A stretch of 64,000 nucleotides of DNA from an uncultured Planctomycetota bacterium (GCA_963737655.1 CAVTTN010000002.1:480001-544000); one strand, 5' to 3'. Positions 1 through 11,611 are shown, counted from the first letter of the stretch. Made by a program: numbers and translations. The notes: generated by a model not told the origin, from the letters alone.

Positions 1-59
1 TCCGCGGGCGAGTCCACGGCCATCGAGGCCGCCACGAACGACAGGACGAGCGCGATCAT
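1..59 (-). CDS. 5' end of a probable exported protein (runs off the window)
   Basis: GGAGG precedes the ATG at 59. Reads MIALVLSFVAASMAVDSPA, which resembles a signal peptide. Confidence 0.5.
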   Translation of the reverse strand, partial: MIALVLSFVAASMAVDSPA

Positions 60-204
60 CCGAACCTCCGAGGGATTCTCCGGGCTGATCGGCCCATGAT
101 CGCCTCGGATCGCGCTCAACGGAAGACGCTTCCGGCGGAAAGGGCCGGGGATCGATCGGCGGAGGACGCCAACCCTCGTCAATCGAGTTCGCGCACGCCG
201 AGGG

Positions 205-1383
205 TCAGAAGCTCATGAAGGGGACGGGCAGGAGGAAGGCGTGTTGCTCGAAGAGGCTGGCGGCGCCTCCCCAGGAGGTGTACTGGGCGAGGAAGACGAT
301 CAACACATACAGGGCCGTGGCGGGGAGGATGGCGACCCTCCCGAGGAGGCCGAGCGTCCAGTGGCGGGGGCGTTCCCGGCGGGCCGATCGGGCGTAGGCC
401 CACCCCACGAGCAGGCGGGCCGGCGCGAGGAAGCCGATGAAGATCAGGCCCGGGAGCCAGGCCGAATCGCGGGGGATCGCCTCGATCTTGAGCAGATAGA
501 GCGGGATTGCGGCCAGGAGGAGGGCCATCAGGGCGAAGGCGAACGCCCACGGGGCGCGTCGGAAGCGGTCGCGGACCGCGCCCAGGCCGAGGAACGCCCG
601 GGCCCGGCCCTCGACGGCGTAGCGCACCTGCAAGAACGGCAGGCTCGCCGCCACGAACCCGAGGCTCAGAGCACCCAGGAACCCGAGGAGCGGAAATCGG
701 CCGCCCGAGGCGATCAGCCCGGCGGGGCCGATCAGCCAGGCGAGCGTGCCGAGGAACCCGACCAGGCCGATGCGGAAGTAGTAGAGCGGACGGAGCCCCG
801 AGGCGAACGCCCAGAGTCCGTCGCGGGCCTCGGCATAAAGGCCCCCTCGGCGAATCCGCCCGACCAGCCAGAACGGGGTCGTCAAGGGCCAGAGGAAGGA
901 CCGCAGACGCCCGCCCCGCAAGCACGCGGCGGCGATGTGGAGGCCCGAGAGGATCAGGACCAGGCCCAGGGCGACCCGCCAGCCCCGGGGGCCAACGCCG
1001 CCCGGGTCGATGATCTCCGCCGATCTCGCCAGCCCCTCGATCAGCGCCGCGGGCAGGAGCGAGACCCAGACCCCGAGCACCACGCCGCCCACTCGGGCCG
1101 CCTTGCGGACCCCGATCAGCCCGTCGCGAATCCGGCCGGATCTCGCCACCCTGGCCGACGATTCGAGCAGGTATCCCATGCACAGGAACTGGGCGATCGG
1201 CAACGTCGCCAGGACCGACAGCCCCGAGACCAGGGTGACCAGGCCGAAGATCCATTCGGCCCCCGAGCCGATCAGCCGGGCCGTCCCCGAGGCGATCCGC
1301 CACGGGGCCGGTCGCCTCCTCGGCCGAGGCGCACGAGTCTCCGCGTACGCCTCCAGACTCTCGATCACGATGACGTCGTCCAT
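205..1383 (-). CDS. Multi-pass membrane protein, hypothetical (DUF4013-like)
   Basis: 392-aa ORF with about 8 hydrophobic segments and normal protein composition, unlike the overlapping frames. Confidence 0.7.
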   Translation of the reverse strand: MDDVIVIESLEAYAETRAPRPRRRPAPWRIASGTARLIGSGAEWIFGLVTLVSGLSVLATLPIAQFLCMGYLLESSARVARSGRIRDGLIGVRKAARVGGVVLGVWVSLLPAALIEGLARSAEIIDPGGVGPRGWRVALGLVLILSGLHIAAACLRGGRLRSFLWPLTTPFWLVGRIRRGGLYAEARDGLWAFASGLRPLYYFRIGLVGFLGTLAWLIGPAGLIASGGRFPLLGFLGALSLGFVAASLPFLQVRYAVEGRARAFLGLGAVRDRFRRAPWAFAFALMALLLAAIPLYLLKIEAIPRDSAWLPGLIFIGFLAPARLLVGWAYARSARRERPRHWTLGLLGRVAILPATALYVLIVFLAQYTSWGGAASLFEQHAFLLPVPFMSF

Positions 1384-1602
1384 GCCCCGAATTACAGCCG
1401 ATCCGCGCGCCGTGTTTCAAGAATTCGCCGACGCGAATCGCGAAGGCAGGTCACGCAAAGATCAAAATTCGACCATGATTGAGTTTGTGAAGGATGCGGT
1501 CCGCAGTTCTCGCTCTTGCGGGTCGCCTCATCGGGTCGTCGCCCGGAATTCGTGAAACGAGATCGGGGCGGGGGCGGTATCCTCGGGGGAAAGGAGGCCG
1601 GA

Positions 1603-3210
1603 ATGGGCGTTCGCGATTTGTTGTTCGTCGGCGTGGTGGTGGGCGGGAGCGTCGCCCTGGGCGCGGGCCTCTGGAGGGCGAAGGGGGGCGGCCGGGGCGG
1701 CGCGGAAATCCCGGTTTCGCCTCGCGAGGACTTCAAGACGGCCGTGGCCGAGGTCGATTCGGCGATCCGTCGGGGCTGTGCCGAGAAGGGCCTGAAGCCC
1801 GCCCCTCGGGCGTCGGACCTGGCCGTGCTTCGGCGGATGAGCCTGGCGCTGACCGGCTCGATCCCGTCCCTGGAGGAGGTCCGCCGGTTCGAGTCGATCG
1901 CCCCGGAGGGCCGGGTCGATTCGTGGCTCGAAATCCTCCTGAAAGACCGACGGACGGCCGACAGCCTGGCCGAGCGGTTCGCCCGAGCGTTCGTGGGGAC
2001 GGAGGACGGCCCGTTCATCCTGTTCCGCCGCCGCCGATTCGCCTCGTGGCTGGGGGACGCCTTCCACCAGAACCGGCCGTATGACGCGATCGTCCGCGAG
2101 ATGATCGCCGGCGAAGGGGTCTGGACCGACCACCCGGCCACGAATTTCGTGTCGGTCACGTTCAGCCAGGAAACCAAGCTGCCCGACCCCGAGAGGCTGG
2201 CGGCCCGGACGTCGCGCGCATTCCTGGGCGTCCGGCTCGATTGCGCCCAGTGCCACGACCACCCGTTCCAGCCCTGGACGCAGGCCGATTTCCGAGGGCT
2301 CGCGGCGTACTTCGGCACCGTCCAGGCGACCCTTCGCGGCATCCACGGCGGCGAGAACTTCTATCGGCCCGCCGACCGCAAGACCAAGGCGCCGGTGGAG
2401 GTCGCGGCCCGAGTCCCGTTCCATCCGGAGCTGGTGCCGGACTCGGGCGATCCCCGGACGAGGCTCGCCCGGTGGGTGACCGACCCCGGGAACCCGAATT
2501 TCGCCCGGGCCACGGCCAACCGCGTCTGGGCCCTGATGCTCGGCCGCCCGCTGGTCGATCCGGTGGACGACCTGCCCGCCTCGGGCGACGTGCCGGAGGC
2601 GCTGGACCTGCTCGCGAAGGACTTCTCGGCCCACGGCCATGACCTCCGCCGCCTGATCCGCCTGATCGCCTCGACCGAGGCGTTCCGCCGCGATAGCGCC
2701 GACGAGTCGAGCGAGCCTTCGGAGGAATCCGAGGCCGCGTGGGCCGTCTTCCCCATGACCCGGCTGAGGCCCGATCAGGTGGCCGCCTCCCTCTTCCAGA
2801 GCGGGACCGTGGCCACGATCGACTCCCGGTCCTTCTGGCTGGCCCGGCTGGCGGTGTTCACGGGTCAAAATGATTTCGTGAGACGTTATGGAGACACCGG
2901 CGAGGACGAATTCGACGGCGGCTCCGGCACGATCCCCCAGCGCCTCCTCCTGATGAACGGCCAGCTCGTCGGCGAGAAGATCAAGGACGAGCTGTTCAAC
3001 GCCTCCAGCCTGATCGCCGGCCTCTCGCCCGACGACTCGAAGGCGATCGACGCGGCGTACCTGACCGTGTTGACCCGTCGTCCCTCGCCCGAGGAGCTCG
3101 CGTATTTCGCCGCGAGGGTCGCCGGGACGAAGGGGAAGGAGCGGAAGGACCGGCTCACCGACCTGTTCTGGACGCTCATCAACTCATCCGAGTTCTCGTG
3201 GAATCATTGA
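1603..3210 (+). CDS. DUF1549/DUF1553 (PSCyt2/PSD1) planctomycete protein
   Basis: AAGGAGG RBS before ATG 1603. Motifs LRRMSLALTGSIP, FLGVRLDCAQCHDHP (CxxCH), NPNFARATANRVW and DLFWTLINSSEFSWNH. Confidence 0.9.
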   Translation: MGVRDLLFVGVVVGGSVALGAGLWRAKGGGRGGAEIPVSPREDFKTAVAEVDSAIRRGCAEKGLKPAPRASDLAVLRRMSLALTGSIPSLEEVRRFESIAPEGRVDSWLEILLKDRRTADSLAERFARAFVGTEDGPFILFRRRRFASWLGDAFHQNRPYDAIVREMIAGEGVWTDHPATNFVSVTFSQETKLPDPERLAARTSRAFLGVRLDCAQCHDHPFQPWTQADFRGLAAYFGTVQATLRGIHGGENFYRPADRKTKAPVEVAARVPFHPELVPDSGDPRTRLARWVTDPGNPNFARATANRVWALMLGRPLVDPVDDLPASGDVPEALDLLAKDFSAHGHDLRRLIRLIASTEAFRRDSADESSEPSEESEAAWAVFPMTRLRPDQVAASLFQSGTVATIDSRSFWLARLAVFTGQNDFVRRYGDTGEDEFDGGSGTIPQRLLLMNGQLVGEKIKDELFNASSLIAGLSPDDSKAIDAAYLTVLTRRPSPEELAYFAARVAGTKGKERKDRLTDLFWTLINSSEFSWNH

Positions 3211-3248
3211 CCCCGACCCCGACCCCGGCCAGTCCTTCCGAGGTTCCC

Positions 3249-4490
3249 ATGCTCGATCGTCGCGGATTCCTCTCTCTGGCCGGGTTGAGCTGGCTGACGC
3301 CCGTCGGCATGGCCCTGGCGGCCCGGGCCGAGGCGACCCGGGCCCCGGCGAAGTCGGTCATCTTCCTCTGGCTCGACGGCGGACCCAGCCAGCTCGAGAC
3401 GTTCGACCCCCATCCCGACAGGCCGATCTCGGGCGAGACCAAGGCCATCAAGACGGCCGCGAAGGGCGTCGCGATCGCCTCCAGCTACGGGAGGCTGGCC
3501 GAGGAGATGGGGTCCGTGGCCCTGGTGCGCTCGATCGTCAGCAAGGAGGGGGACCACGAGCGAGGGACGTACCTGATGAAGACCGGGTATCGGCCCGATC
3601 CCACGGTCGTTCATCCCTCGATCGGCGCGATCTGCTGCCACGAATTGCCGGTGGGGACGACGGAGGTCCCCCGTCACATCTCGATCCTGACCGGCCGGTG
3701 GCCGAGCCGGGGCGGGTTCCTCGGCGGCGAGTTCGACGCCTTCCAGATCGACGACCCCAAGGGCCATCTGCCCGACGTTTCCTCGCTCGCCGACACCTCG
3801 CGAGACGCGCAAAGAATCCGCGACCTCGACGTGGTGGAGCGGGCGTTCGCCCGGGGCCGACGAGGCCGGGTCGAGGCGACCCTCCATCGCGAGACGATCG
3901 GCCGGGCCCGCACGATGATGGCCTCCGACCAGCTCAAGGCGTTCGACGTGACCCGAGAATCGGCGAGCGTGAGGGCCGAGTACGGCGACACCGCGTTCGG
4001 CCGGGGATGCCTGGCCGCGAGGAGGCTGATCGAGGTGGGCGTCCGATGCGTGGAGGTCACGCTCGGCGGCTGGGACGCTCACGTGAACAACCACGAGACC
4101 CACGCCAACCTCGCCAAAACCCTCGACCCCGCCTTCTCCGCCCTGTTGCGCGACCTGAAACGTCGCGGCCTGCTCGAACACACCGTGGTGATGTGCGGAG
4201 GCGAGTTCGGCCGGACGCCCAAGGTGAACGTCGCGGGAGGTCGCGACCACTGGACGAACGGATTCAGCATGGCCCTGGCCGGCGGAGGGATTCGAGGCGG
4301 CTTCGCCCTCGGGACCACCGACCCCGAAGGCAGCCTCGCCCCGCCAGGTCGGCCGGTGGGCGTCGAGGACGTCCACGCCTCGGTGCTCACCGCCCTCGGC
4401 CTCGACCCCGCCCGAGAAAACATCGCACCCATCACCACCCGGCCGATCAAGCTCAGCACGGGGCGGGCGATCCCGGAGTTGCTGGGCTGA
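3249..4490 (+). CDS. DUF1501 family protein with twin-arginine-like leader
   Basis: DRRGFL leader. Motifs LWLDGGPSQLETFDP, GGWDAH, GEFGRTP and GRDHW. Typical partner of DUF1549/1553. Confidence 0.9.
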   Translation: MLDRRGFLSLAGLSWLTPVGMALAARAEATRAPAKSVIFLWLDGGPSQLETFDPHPDRPISGETKAIKTAAKGVAIASSYGRLAEEMGSVALVRSIVSKEGDHERGTYLMKTGYRPDPTVVHPSIGAICCHELPVGTTEVPRHISILTGRWPSRGGFLGGEFDAFQIDDPKGHLPDVSSLADTSRDAQRIRDLDVVERAFARGRRGRVEATLHRETIGRARTMMASDQLKAFDVTRESASVRAEYGDTAFGRGCLAARRLIEVGVRCVEVTLGGWDAHVNNHETHANLAKTLDPAFSALLRDLKRRGLLEHTVVMCGGEFGRTPKVNVAGGRDHWTNGFSMALAGGGIRGGFALGTTDPEGSLAPPGRPVGVEDVHASVLTALGLDPARENIAPITTRPIKLSTGRAIPELLG

Positions 4491-4497
4491 TCGGCCC

Positions 4498-5628
4498 TCA
4501 TGGATCGACGATCACCACGTCCACGCCCTCGGTCTGGCGCAACAGGCATTCGAGGATCGAGCCGCCGAGCCATCGGCGGGCCCGGGGCTGGCGGGTCTTG
4601 CCCATCACGATCACCTTGATGTCGTATTCGCGAGCGAACGCGGCGATCGTGCTCGCGACGTCCCGGCCCCGGAAGGTCATGGGGATTCCCCCGAGCTTCT
4701 GGGCGAGTTCGAGGTTCTCGGCGATCACCCGTTGCGTGGCGGCCTCGACTCGCGTGAGGTCCTCGGCGGGGGTCTGGATGTAGACCGCGTACCACGGGGC
4801 ATTCAGGCGGTCGGCCAGCCTCGCCGCCTTGCGGAGCAGGGCCGGGGCGTTCGGGCTTCGGCTGGAGAGGCCGACCATCACGCGGTCCGTGGCGGAGGCC
4901 GGCGCCTTGTCCGCCTCGGCCCTTCGCCCTCGACGGTCGATCAGGTGGGCCACTTCCATCAGGGCGAGCTCGCGGAGCCTCGTCAGGTTCGGCGGCGTGA
5001 AGAAATTCTCCATCGCCCGATTCGCGCGGTCGGGCGGATAGACCTTGCCGGCCTTCATCCGATCCAGGAGGTCCTCGACCGAGACGTCGATGTTCACGAT
5101 TTGATCCGCCTCGCCGAGGACGCCGTCGGGCAATCGCTCCTTCACCTTGACGCCCGTGACGCGCTCGACCTGGTCGTACAGGCTCTCCAGATGCTGGATG
5201 TTCACCGTGGTGATCACGTGAATTCCCGCCCGGAGCAGGGCCTCGACGTCCTGAAACCGCTTCGCGTGACGGCTGCCGGGGGCGTTGGTGTGGGCCAGCT
5301 CGTCCACCAGGCAGACCGTCGGCCTCCTCGCGAGGATTGCGTCGAGGTCCATCTCCTTGAGCGTCACGCCGCGATATTCGATCTCCCGGGGCGGGATGAC
5401 CTCCAGGTCGGCGACCTGCTCGGCGGTGTCGGCGCGGCCGTGGGTCTCGACGATCCCGATCGCCACGTCCACGGCCTGGGCCTTCAGCCGTTGCCCCTCG
5501 CGGAGCATGGCGAACGTCTTGCCGACGCCGGCCGAGGAGCCGAGGTAGACCTTGAGCCGGCCCCGTTCCTGGCGGCGGATCAGGTTCAGGAACTGCTCGG
5601 GAGACGGGCGGGCGGGTTCGACGGCCAT
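4498..5628 (-). CDS. kdpD: Truncated KdpD: N-terminal KdpD sensor domain + Usp domain, no TM or kinase domains
   Basis: RGRLKVYLGSSAGVGKTFAML, ETHGR, VDELAHTNAPGSRH and NIQHLESL. Usp-like C-terminus ending GVDVVIV. 376 aa. Confidence 0.92.
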   Translation of the reverse strand: MAVEPARPSPEQFLNLIRRQERGRLKVYLGSSAGVGKTFAMLREGQRLKAQAVDVAIGIVETHGRADTAEQVADLEVIPPREIEYRGVTLKEMDLDAILARRPTVCLVDELAHTNAPGSRHAKRFQDVEALLRAGIHVITTVNIQHLESLYDQVERVTGVKVKERLPDGVLGEADQIVNIDVSVEDLLDRMKAGKVYPPDRANRAMENFFTPPNLTRLRELALMEVAHLIDRRGRRAEADKAPASATDRVMVGLSSRSPNAPALLRKAARLADRLNAPWYAVYIQTPAEDLTRVEAATQRVIAENLELAQKLGGIPMTFRGRDVASTIAAFAREYDIKVIVMGKTRQPRARRWLGGSILECLLRQTEGVDVVIVDP

Positions 5629-5710
5629 GACGGGGACGACGCCTCGGGGGGCCTCGGGGCGGACGCGAAGCCCTCGGCGACCGCGAAGGCCGTCGAGGGG
5701 CGAGGTTCGA

Positions 5711-5923
5711 TCAGTCGAAGTGGATCTCGGCGTAGCACTGGGACTTCACGAAGGCGTCGAGGTCGTAGTACTCCTCGACGCATGTGTCGGTCAGGGCCAC
5801 CACCCGCCCGTCGGCCCTCGTGAAGAGGACGAGCCAGCCGTCCAGGGCGCGGAACGGGTCGTGGTTCTCGATGGCCTCGCCTCCCAGGACGAAGGCGATG
5901 GCCGAGGCATCCCTCTCGCTCAC
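5711..5923 (-). CDS. Small hypothetical protein (70 aa) inside the kdp operon
   Basis: GGAGG RBS 8 nt before GTG 5923. Co-oriented between kdpC and kdpD. Globular-looking composition. Confidence 0.65.
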   Translation of the reverse strand: MSERDASAIAFVLGGEAIENHDPFRALDGWLVLFTRADGRVVALTDTCVEEYYDLDAFVKSQCYAEIHFD

Positions 5924-5941
5924 GGCTGGGTCCTCCGTAGA

Positions 5942-7428
5942 TCATTTCCGAGGGGTCCGGGCGCGATAGTACCCAAGCCAGTCCTTGCCCGTCTCGCGGG
6001 TCAGTTCGGAGAGGGCGGCGTCGATCTCGGCGGGAGTTGGCGTACCGGCCTTCTCGAGCGCAACACCCTTCAGGACGAGGGCCTCGGCCTCGCCCTTCCA
6101 GTCGTTGGTGGCCAGGCCGTGGGCGATCGCCGCGAAGTACCAGGCTCGGGCATCGTCCGGACCGGCGGAGGCGGCCGAGCGGAACTCGGACGCCGCCGCC
6201 GCGAACCGCTTCTCGCGGAAGGCGATCAGGCCGGCGGAGAGGCGTTCCGGAGACCTCAAGGCCGGGACGATCTTCGCCTTCAGGGCCTCGACTTGCTTTT
6301 CCGGGCGGGCCAGGGCCGCGTCGGGCCGGGGCGCCTCGCGGATCGTCTTGAATTCGGCCTGGAGGGCCCGGAACTCACGGCCGAGGCCCGCGACCCGGCC
6401 GTCGATCTCGCCGACCTTCGCCTCCGCGGGCCCCTCGGCCTCGGCCATCCGGCCGACCCGGACCTTGAGGTCCTTCAGGTCGTCGGCCATCTTGTCGAGG
6501 GACGCCCCCTCGACCCGCTCGCGGAGCCTCTCGACCCTCCTCGACAGCTCGTCCACGACCGACGGAGCCGGCGGGGCGGCCGCCGGGGTGCTCTCGGTCT
6601 TCGCCTCGGGCGCCACGGACCGTTCGGCGGGCGGCGGCGCGGGAGCGTTCGGGGCCGTCTCGACCGAGGCGACGGTCTCCGGCATGTCCTGGTCGAGGTC
6701 CAGGTTCAAGCGGAGGACGTTAACCCTCGCCGGGGCGCCGAGGATCGCGCCGAGGTGTTCACGTGCTCGTCGATCAGCTTCATCACGCGATCGACGGCCA
6801 CCTTCCTCGCCGCCGCGACCCTCGGGGCCTGGTAGCGGGCCGCCTCGGGGCTGATGTCGGGGTCGAGCCCGGCGCCGGAGGCCGTCACGAGATCGACCGG
6901 GACCAGGTCCTCGGCCTTCTTGCCCAGCTCCGAGGCGCGGGCGAGGGCCTCGGCCCTGGCGGAGGAGGCCCCGGCTTCGAGCCCGGCGATGGCCGCGGTG
7001 TCGGCCTCGGTGGGCCGCTTGATCTCCGCCTTGGCCTTGAGATCGGCCTGCGCCGCGTCGAGCTTGTCGAGGCCGGCCTTGAGCGCGGCGTCGCCGGTCC
7101 GGGCCAGGACCTGGCGGGCCGAGTCCAGGGCGATCCGGTCGTGCAGGGCCGGGTTCGTCGTGCCGAGGTTCGAGCCGCTCGCGGCGTCCGCCGCGTAGCC
7201 GGTCGCCCCGGCCGCCGACGGCCTCGGCCAGAAGTATTTCTCCGACGCGAACGGCTGGGCGATCAGCTCCGAGCCGACCACCCGGCCCGATCGCTCGATC
7301 AGGCTCCCGTTCGCCTGCCTCGGGAACAGTGAATGGCCCAGCCCGTAGACGGCCGCCGGGTACGCGACGGCGCAGACGACGAACGTCACGAGGCAAGCGA
7401 GCAAGGCGTTGACTGTCTCGCGGATCAT
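5942..7428 (-). CDS. kdpC: KdpC with internal insert and ~247-aa C-terminal coiled-coil/TPR-like extension (one frameshift near 6750)
   Basis: LFPRQANGSLI, GSELIAQPF, YFWPRPSAA, SGSNLG and DLVTASGAGLDPDISP in one frame. The KdpC end motif GAPARVNVLRLNLDLD is in the next frame. One extra G at ~6750 joins them into ~495 aa. Confidence 0.85.
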
Positions 7429-7547
7429 GGGGTTCCCGGTCCTTCCCCTCGGATCGAGGGGGCCTTGTGTTCTTCGTTCGAATCCCGGCCGGAGCGGGGA
7501 CACGCGCCTCGCGGCCGAGGAGCCAGTCCCCACTCCGTCGGGGATTC

Positions 7548-9682
7548 TTACTTGATGCCGGCCAGGTTCATCAGGGGGTCGATGGCGATGTCGATGAGCT
7601 TGATCCCGACGAACGGAGCGATCACCCCGCCGAGGCCGTACCACAGGAGGTTCCGCCTCAGCAGGGCGCCCGCGCCGACGGGCCGATACTTCACGCCCTT
7701 CAGGGCGATCGGGATCAGCAGGGGGATCACGATCGCGTTGAAGATCACGGCCGAGAGGATCGCCGAATAGGCGCCCCCCTGCGTGGCCAGGCCCATCACG
7801 TCCAGGGCGCTGAGGCCCGGCAGCGTGACGATGAACAGCGCCGGGATCACGGCGAAGTACTTCGCCAGGTCGTTGGCGATCGAGAACGTGGTCAGCGCGC
7901 CGCGGGTCATCAGCAATTGCTTGCCGATCTCGACGACCTCGATGAGCTTGGTCGGGTCGCTGTCGAGATCGACCATGTTGCCGGCCTCCTTGGCGGCCTG
8001 GGTGCCGGAGTTCATCGCCACGCCGATGTCGGCCTGGGCCAGGGCGGGGGCGTCGTTGGTGCCGTCGCCCATCATCGCCACGAGCTTGCCGCCCTCCTGC
8101 TCCTTGCGGATGTAGGCGAGCTTGGCCTCGGGGGTGGCCTGGGCGATGAAGTCATCCACGCCCGCCTCCTTGGCGATCGCCTCGGCGGTCAACGGGTTGT
8201 CGCCGGTGACCATCACCACCCGCAACCCCATCTGGCGGAGTCGGGCGAAGCGGTCGCGGATGCCCGGCTTGAGGATGTCCTCCAGGCAGATCACGCCGAC
8301 GATCCGGTCGTCCTCGGCCACGGCCAGGGGCGTGGCACCGCCCGAGGCGATGGCATCGACGGCCTGCTGATAGCCGTCGGGGATCGACCCACCTTGATCC
8401 TGAACATATTTCGCCACGGTGTTCGGAGCGCCCTTGCGGAGCCTCGGGCCGTCGGGCAGGTCCACGCCGCTCATCCGGGTCTGGGCGGTGAAGTCGATGA
8501 ATCGCGAGCCCGAAGGCGCCTCGGCCTCCAGGCTCGACTGGAGCCGGGCGAGGTCGAGGATGCTCTTGCCCTCGGGCGTGGAGTCGGCCATCGAGGCCAG
8601 CCCGGCCGTCCTCGCCAGGTCGCGGGGCGAGGCCCCGCCCAGCGGCACGAACCGGGTGGCCCGGCGATTGCCGATGGTGATCGTCCCGGTCTTGTCCAGC
8701 AGGAGCGTGTCGATGTCGCCGGCCACCTCGACCGCCTTGCCGCTCTTGGCGATCAGGTTCGCCGCCAGCGCCCGGTCCATCCCGGCGATCCCGATCGCCG
8801 CCAGGAGGGCCCCGATCGTCGTCGGGATCAGGCAGACGAGCAGGGCGATCAGGGTCGGGATGTCCAGGGTGAGGTCGAAGTACCGGGCCATGGGGTAGAG
8901 CGTGGCCGTCACGATCAGGAAGATCATCGAGAACGCCGCGAGCACGATCGTCAGGGCGATCTCGTTGGGCGTCTTCTGTCGCGACGCCCCCTCGACCAGC
9001 GCGATCATCTTGTCGAGGAAGCTCTGGCCCGGCTCGGCCGTCACCCGGACGACGATCCGGTCGGACAGGACGCGCGTCCCTCCCGTGACGCCGGAGTGGT
9101 CGCCGCCGGCCTCGCGGATCACCGGGCGCTCTCCCCGGTGATCGCGCTTTCATCCACCGAGGCGACCCCGTCCACGACCTCGCCGTCGGTCGGGATGACC
9201 TGCCCGGCCTCGATCGCCACGAGGTCTCCGGAGCGGAGCCTCGTCGAGGAGACGACCTCGCCGACCGGCGAATGGAGGTCGCGGAGGCGATAGGCGGGCG
9301 TGTCGGCACGAGTGGCGCGGAGGCTGTCGGCCTGGGCCTTGCCCCGGGCCTCGGCCAGCGCCTCGGCGAAGTTGGCGAACAGCACGGTGAGCAGGAGGAG
9401 CAACGTGAGCACGCCCTGATACACGATCAGGCCCGCCGCCGCCCCCCTCACGATCGACTCCACCGTGACGATCGCCGTCAGGACGGTGCCGACCTCGACG
9501 AGGAACATGACCGGGTTGCGGGCCATGACCCTCGGGTCGAGCATGCGGAACGACTGGGCGACGGCCATCTTCACGAGGGCCGGTTCGAACAGGCGGAGCT
9601 TGCGGGTCGCCCGCCTCTGGATCTTGGACGCCTGGGCGTCGGCGTCCCGATCGGGCGCGCCGACCTCGGTGGCGAGGCTCAT
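7548..9682 (-). CDS. kdpB: K+-transporting P-type ATPase subunit B (one frameshift near 9125)
   Basis: [39 protein letters not shown] and [11 protein letters not shown]. One C is missing in a C-run at 9124-9126. ~711 aa. Confidence 0.95.
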
Positions 9683-9863
9683 CGGGTTCTATCCTTCGCG
9701 GAGTTCGTGGTTCGGGATCGGCAACTGTCCGGATCGTCGCGACCGAGCGAGTCCGAGGCCTGGGGATCTGGTCCTTTCGAGCTTCGTGGGGCAGGCATCG
9801 GCCTGCCGGGCCAGGCCCGGGGACGATGGGACCAGGCCCACCCTCCCCGGATCGAAGACCCCT

Positions 9864-11611
9864 CTAGGGCTTGGCGCCGGCGGTCAGGCCGTCGGCGATC
9901 GGCCCGAGCACGAGCGCCGGCATGAACGACAGGGCCCCGACCATCAGGACCGTCCCCAGGAGCATCCCGGCGAAGGTCAGGTCGTCGGTCTTGAGCGTCC
10001 CGGTCGTCTGCGGCACCCTCTTCTTCGCCGAGAGGAAGCCGGCGACGGCCAGGGGTAGGATCAGGGCCGGGAACCGGCCCAGGAGCAGGACGACCCCCGT
10101 GGCGATGTTCCAGGCCGGGTTGTTGTCCGCCAGGCCCTCGAAGCCCGACCCGTTGTTCGCCGAGGCCGAGGTGAACTCGTAGAGGATCTCGCTGAAGCCG
10201 TGGGACCCGGGGTTGTTCACGGCCTTCGCCCCCCAGGGCGTCGCGGCGAACAGGGCGGCCCCGCAGCAAATGAGCAGGGGGTGCAGGAGGATGGCGACCA
10301 TCGCCAGCTTCACCTCCTTCGCCTCCACCTTCTTGCCGAGGTACTCGGGCGTCCGCCCCACCATCAGGCCGGCGATGAACACGGCCACGATGACATACAT
10401 CAGCATGTTCTCGAAACCGGCGCCGATCCCGCTGAAGACGACGTTGAGCATCATCATCGTCATCGGCACGGCCCCGGCGATCGGGTTGAGGCTGTCGTGC
10501 ATGCTGTTGACCGAGCCGTTGGAGGTCGCGGTGGTCATCGCGGCCCACGTCGCCGAGGCGACGGGCCCGAAGCGGACCTCCTTGCCCTCCATGTTCGGCC
10601 CCCGGGCCACGGGCAGGCCGTCGGTCGCCGCGCTCGGCCTGGCCTCGGCCAGGATCGCCACCACCGCCCCGCCGACCAGCAGCGCCAGCATCACGCCGAA
10701 GAGCACCATCGCGTGCCTCATCCGCCGGAGCATCAGCCCGGCCATCACGATCGACGACATCGGCACCAGGACGATCGAGGCGATCGACAGCATGTTCGTC
10801 CAGGGCGAGGGGTTCTCGAACGGGTGGGCGGAGTTCGGCCCGAAGAACCCGCCGCCGTTGGTCCCGGTCTGCTTGATCGCCACCAGGGCCGCCACCGGGC
10901 CCCGGGCGATCGTTTGCGTCTCGAACTTCGTCGCCGCGCCGTCCACGGTCGTCGCCGTCGCGGCCTTCTCGAAGGTCATCGGCGTGCCCAGCCCGACCAT
11001 CGCCACGGCCAGGACGAGGCTATACGGGATCAGCCCGAAGACGATCCCGCGCATCAAATCGACGTAGAAATCCCCGAGGTGCTTGTCCCCTCGGAGCCCC
11101 CGCAGGGTCGCGAGCATCACGCAGAGGCCCGACGCCGGGGTGACGAACATCAGCCAGACGATGCAGGCCAGCTGGCTGAAGTACGAGAGGTTCTGCTCGC
11201 CCGAGTAGTGCTGCAAGTTCGTGTTGGTGACGAACGAGCAGACCGTGTTGAAGATCACCGCCGTGTCGGCGCCGTCGTGCTGGACGCCATCCACGTCCTT
11301 GTATCCCAGGGCGGCCAGCGACCCCTTGCCGTCGGGGTTGAGCAGCGGGATCTTGTCCTGGAAGTACAGCAAGGCGAAGGTGATCGCGAACAGGGCGAAG
11401 TTGAAGGCCAGGAGGGCGACGGCGTAGCGCCTCCAGCCCATCTCCTCCGGCTTGCGTCGGCCGACGAGCCGGGCCAGGAACCGCGGGATGGCGTCGAGCC
11501 CGCGCCCTCTCGGCCCTCGGGCACGTCGAGCGACTTCCAGAGGACCCAACCGAGCGGGAACGACGCCGCGATCGGCAGCGAGAAGGCCCAGAACGGATGG
11601 AGCCAGGACAT
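9864..11611 (-). CDS. kdpA: K+-transporting ATPase subunit A (one frameshift near 11500)
   Basis: SFVTNTNLQHYSGE, GTNGGGFF, SNGSVNSMHDS, GLMVGRTPEYLGKK, HGFSEILYE, ANNGSGF and LVLGPIA. The N-terminal MSWLHPFWAFSLPI segment joins by adding one G. Confidence 0.95.

Noticed and set aside
5942..11611. kdpABC as pseudogenes or programmed frameshifting
   Set aside because: Each break is one missing base in a G/C run with no slippery heptamer, all motifs are intact, and the same error type occurs in unrelated genes.
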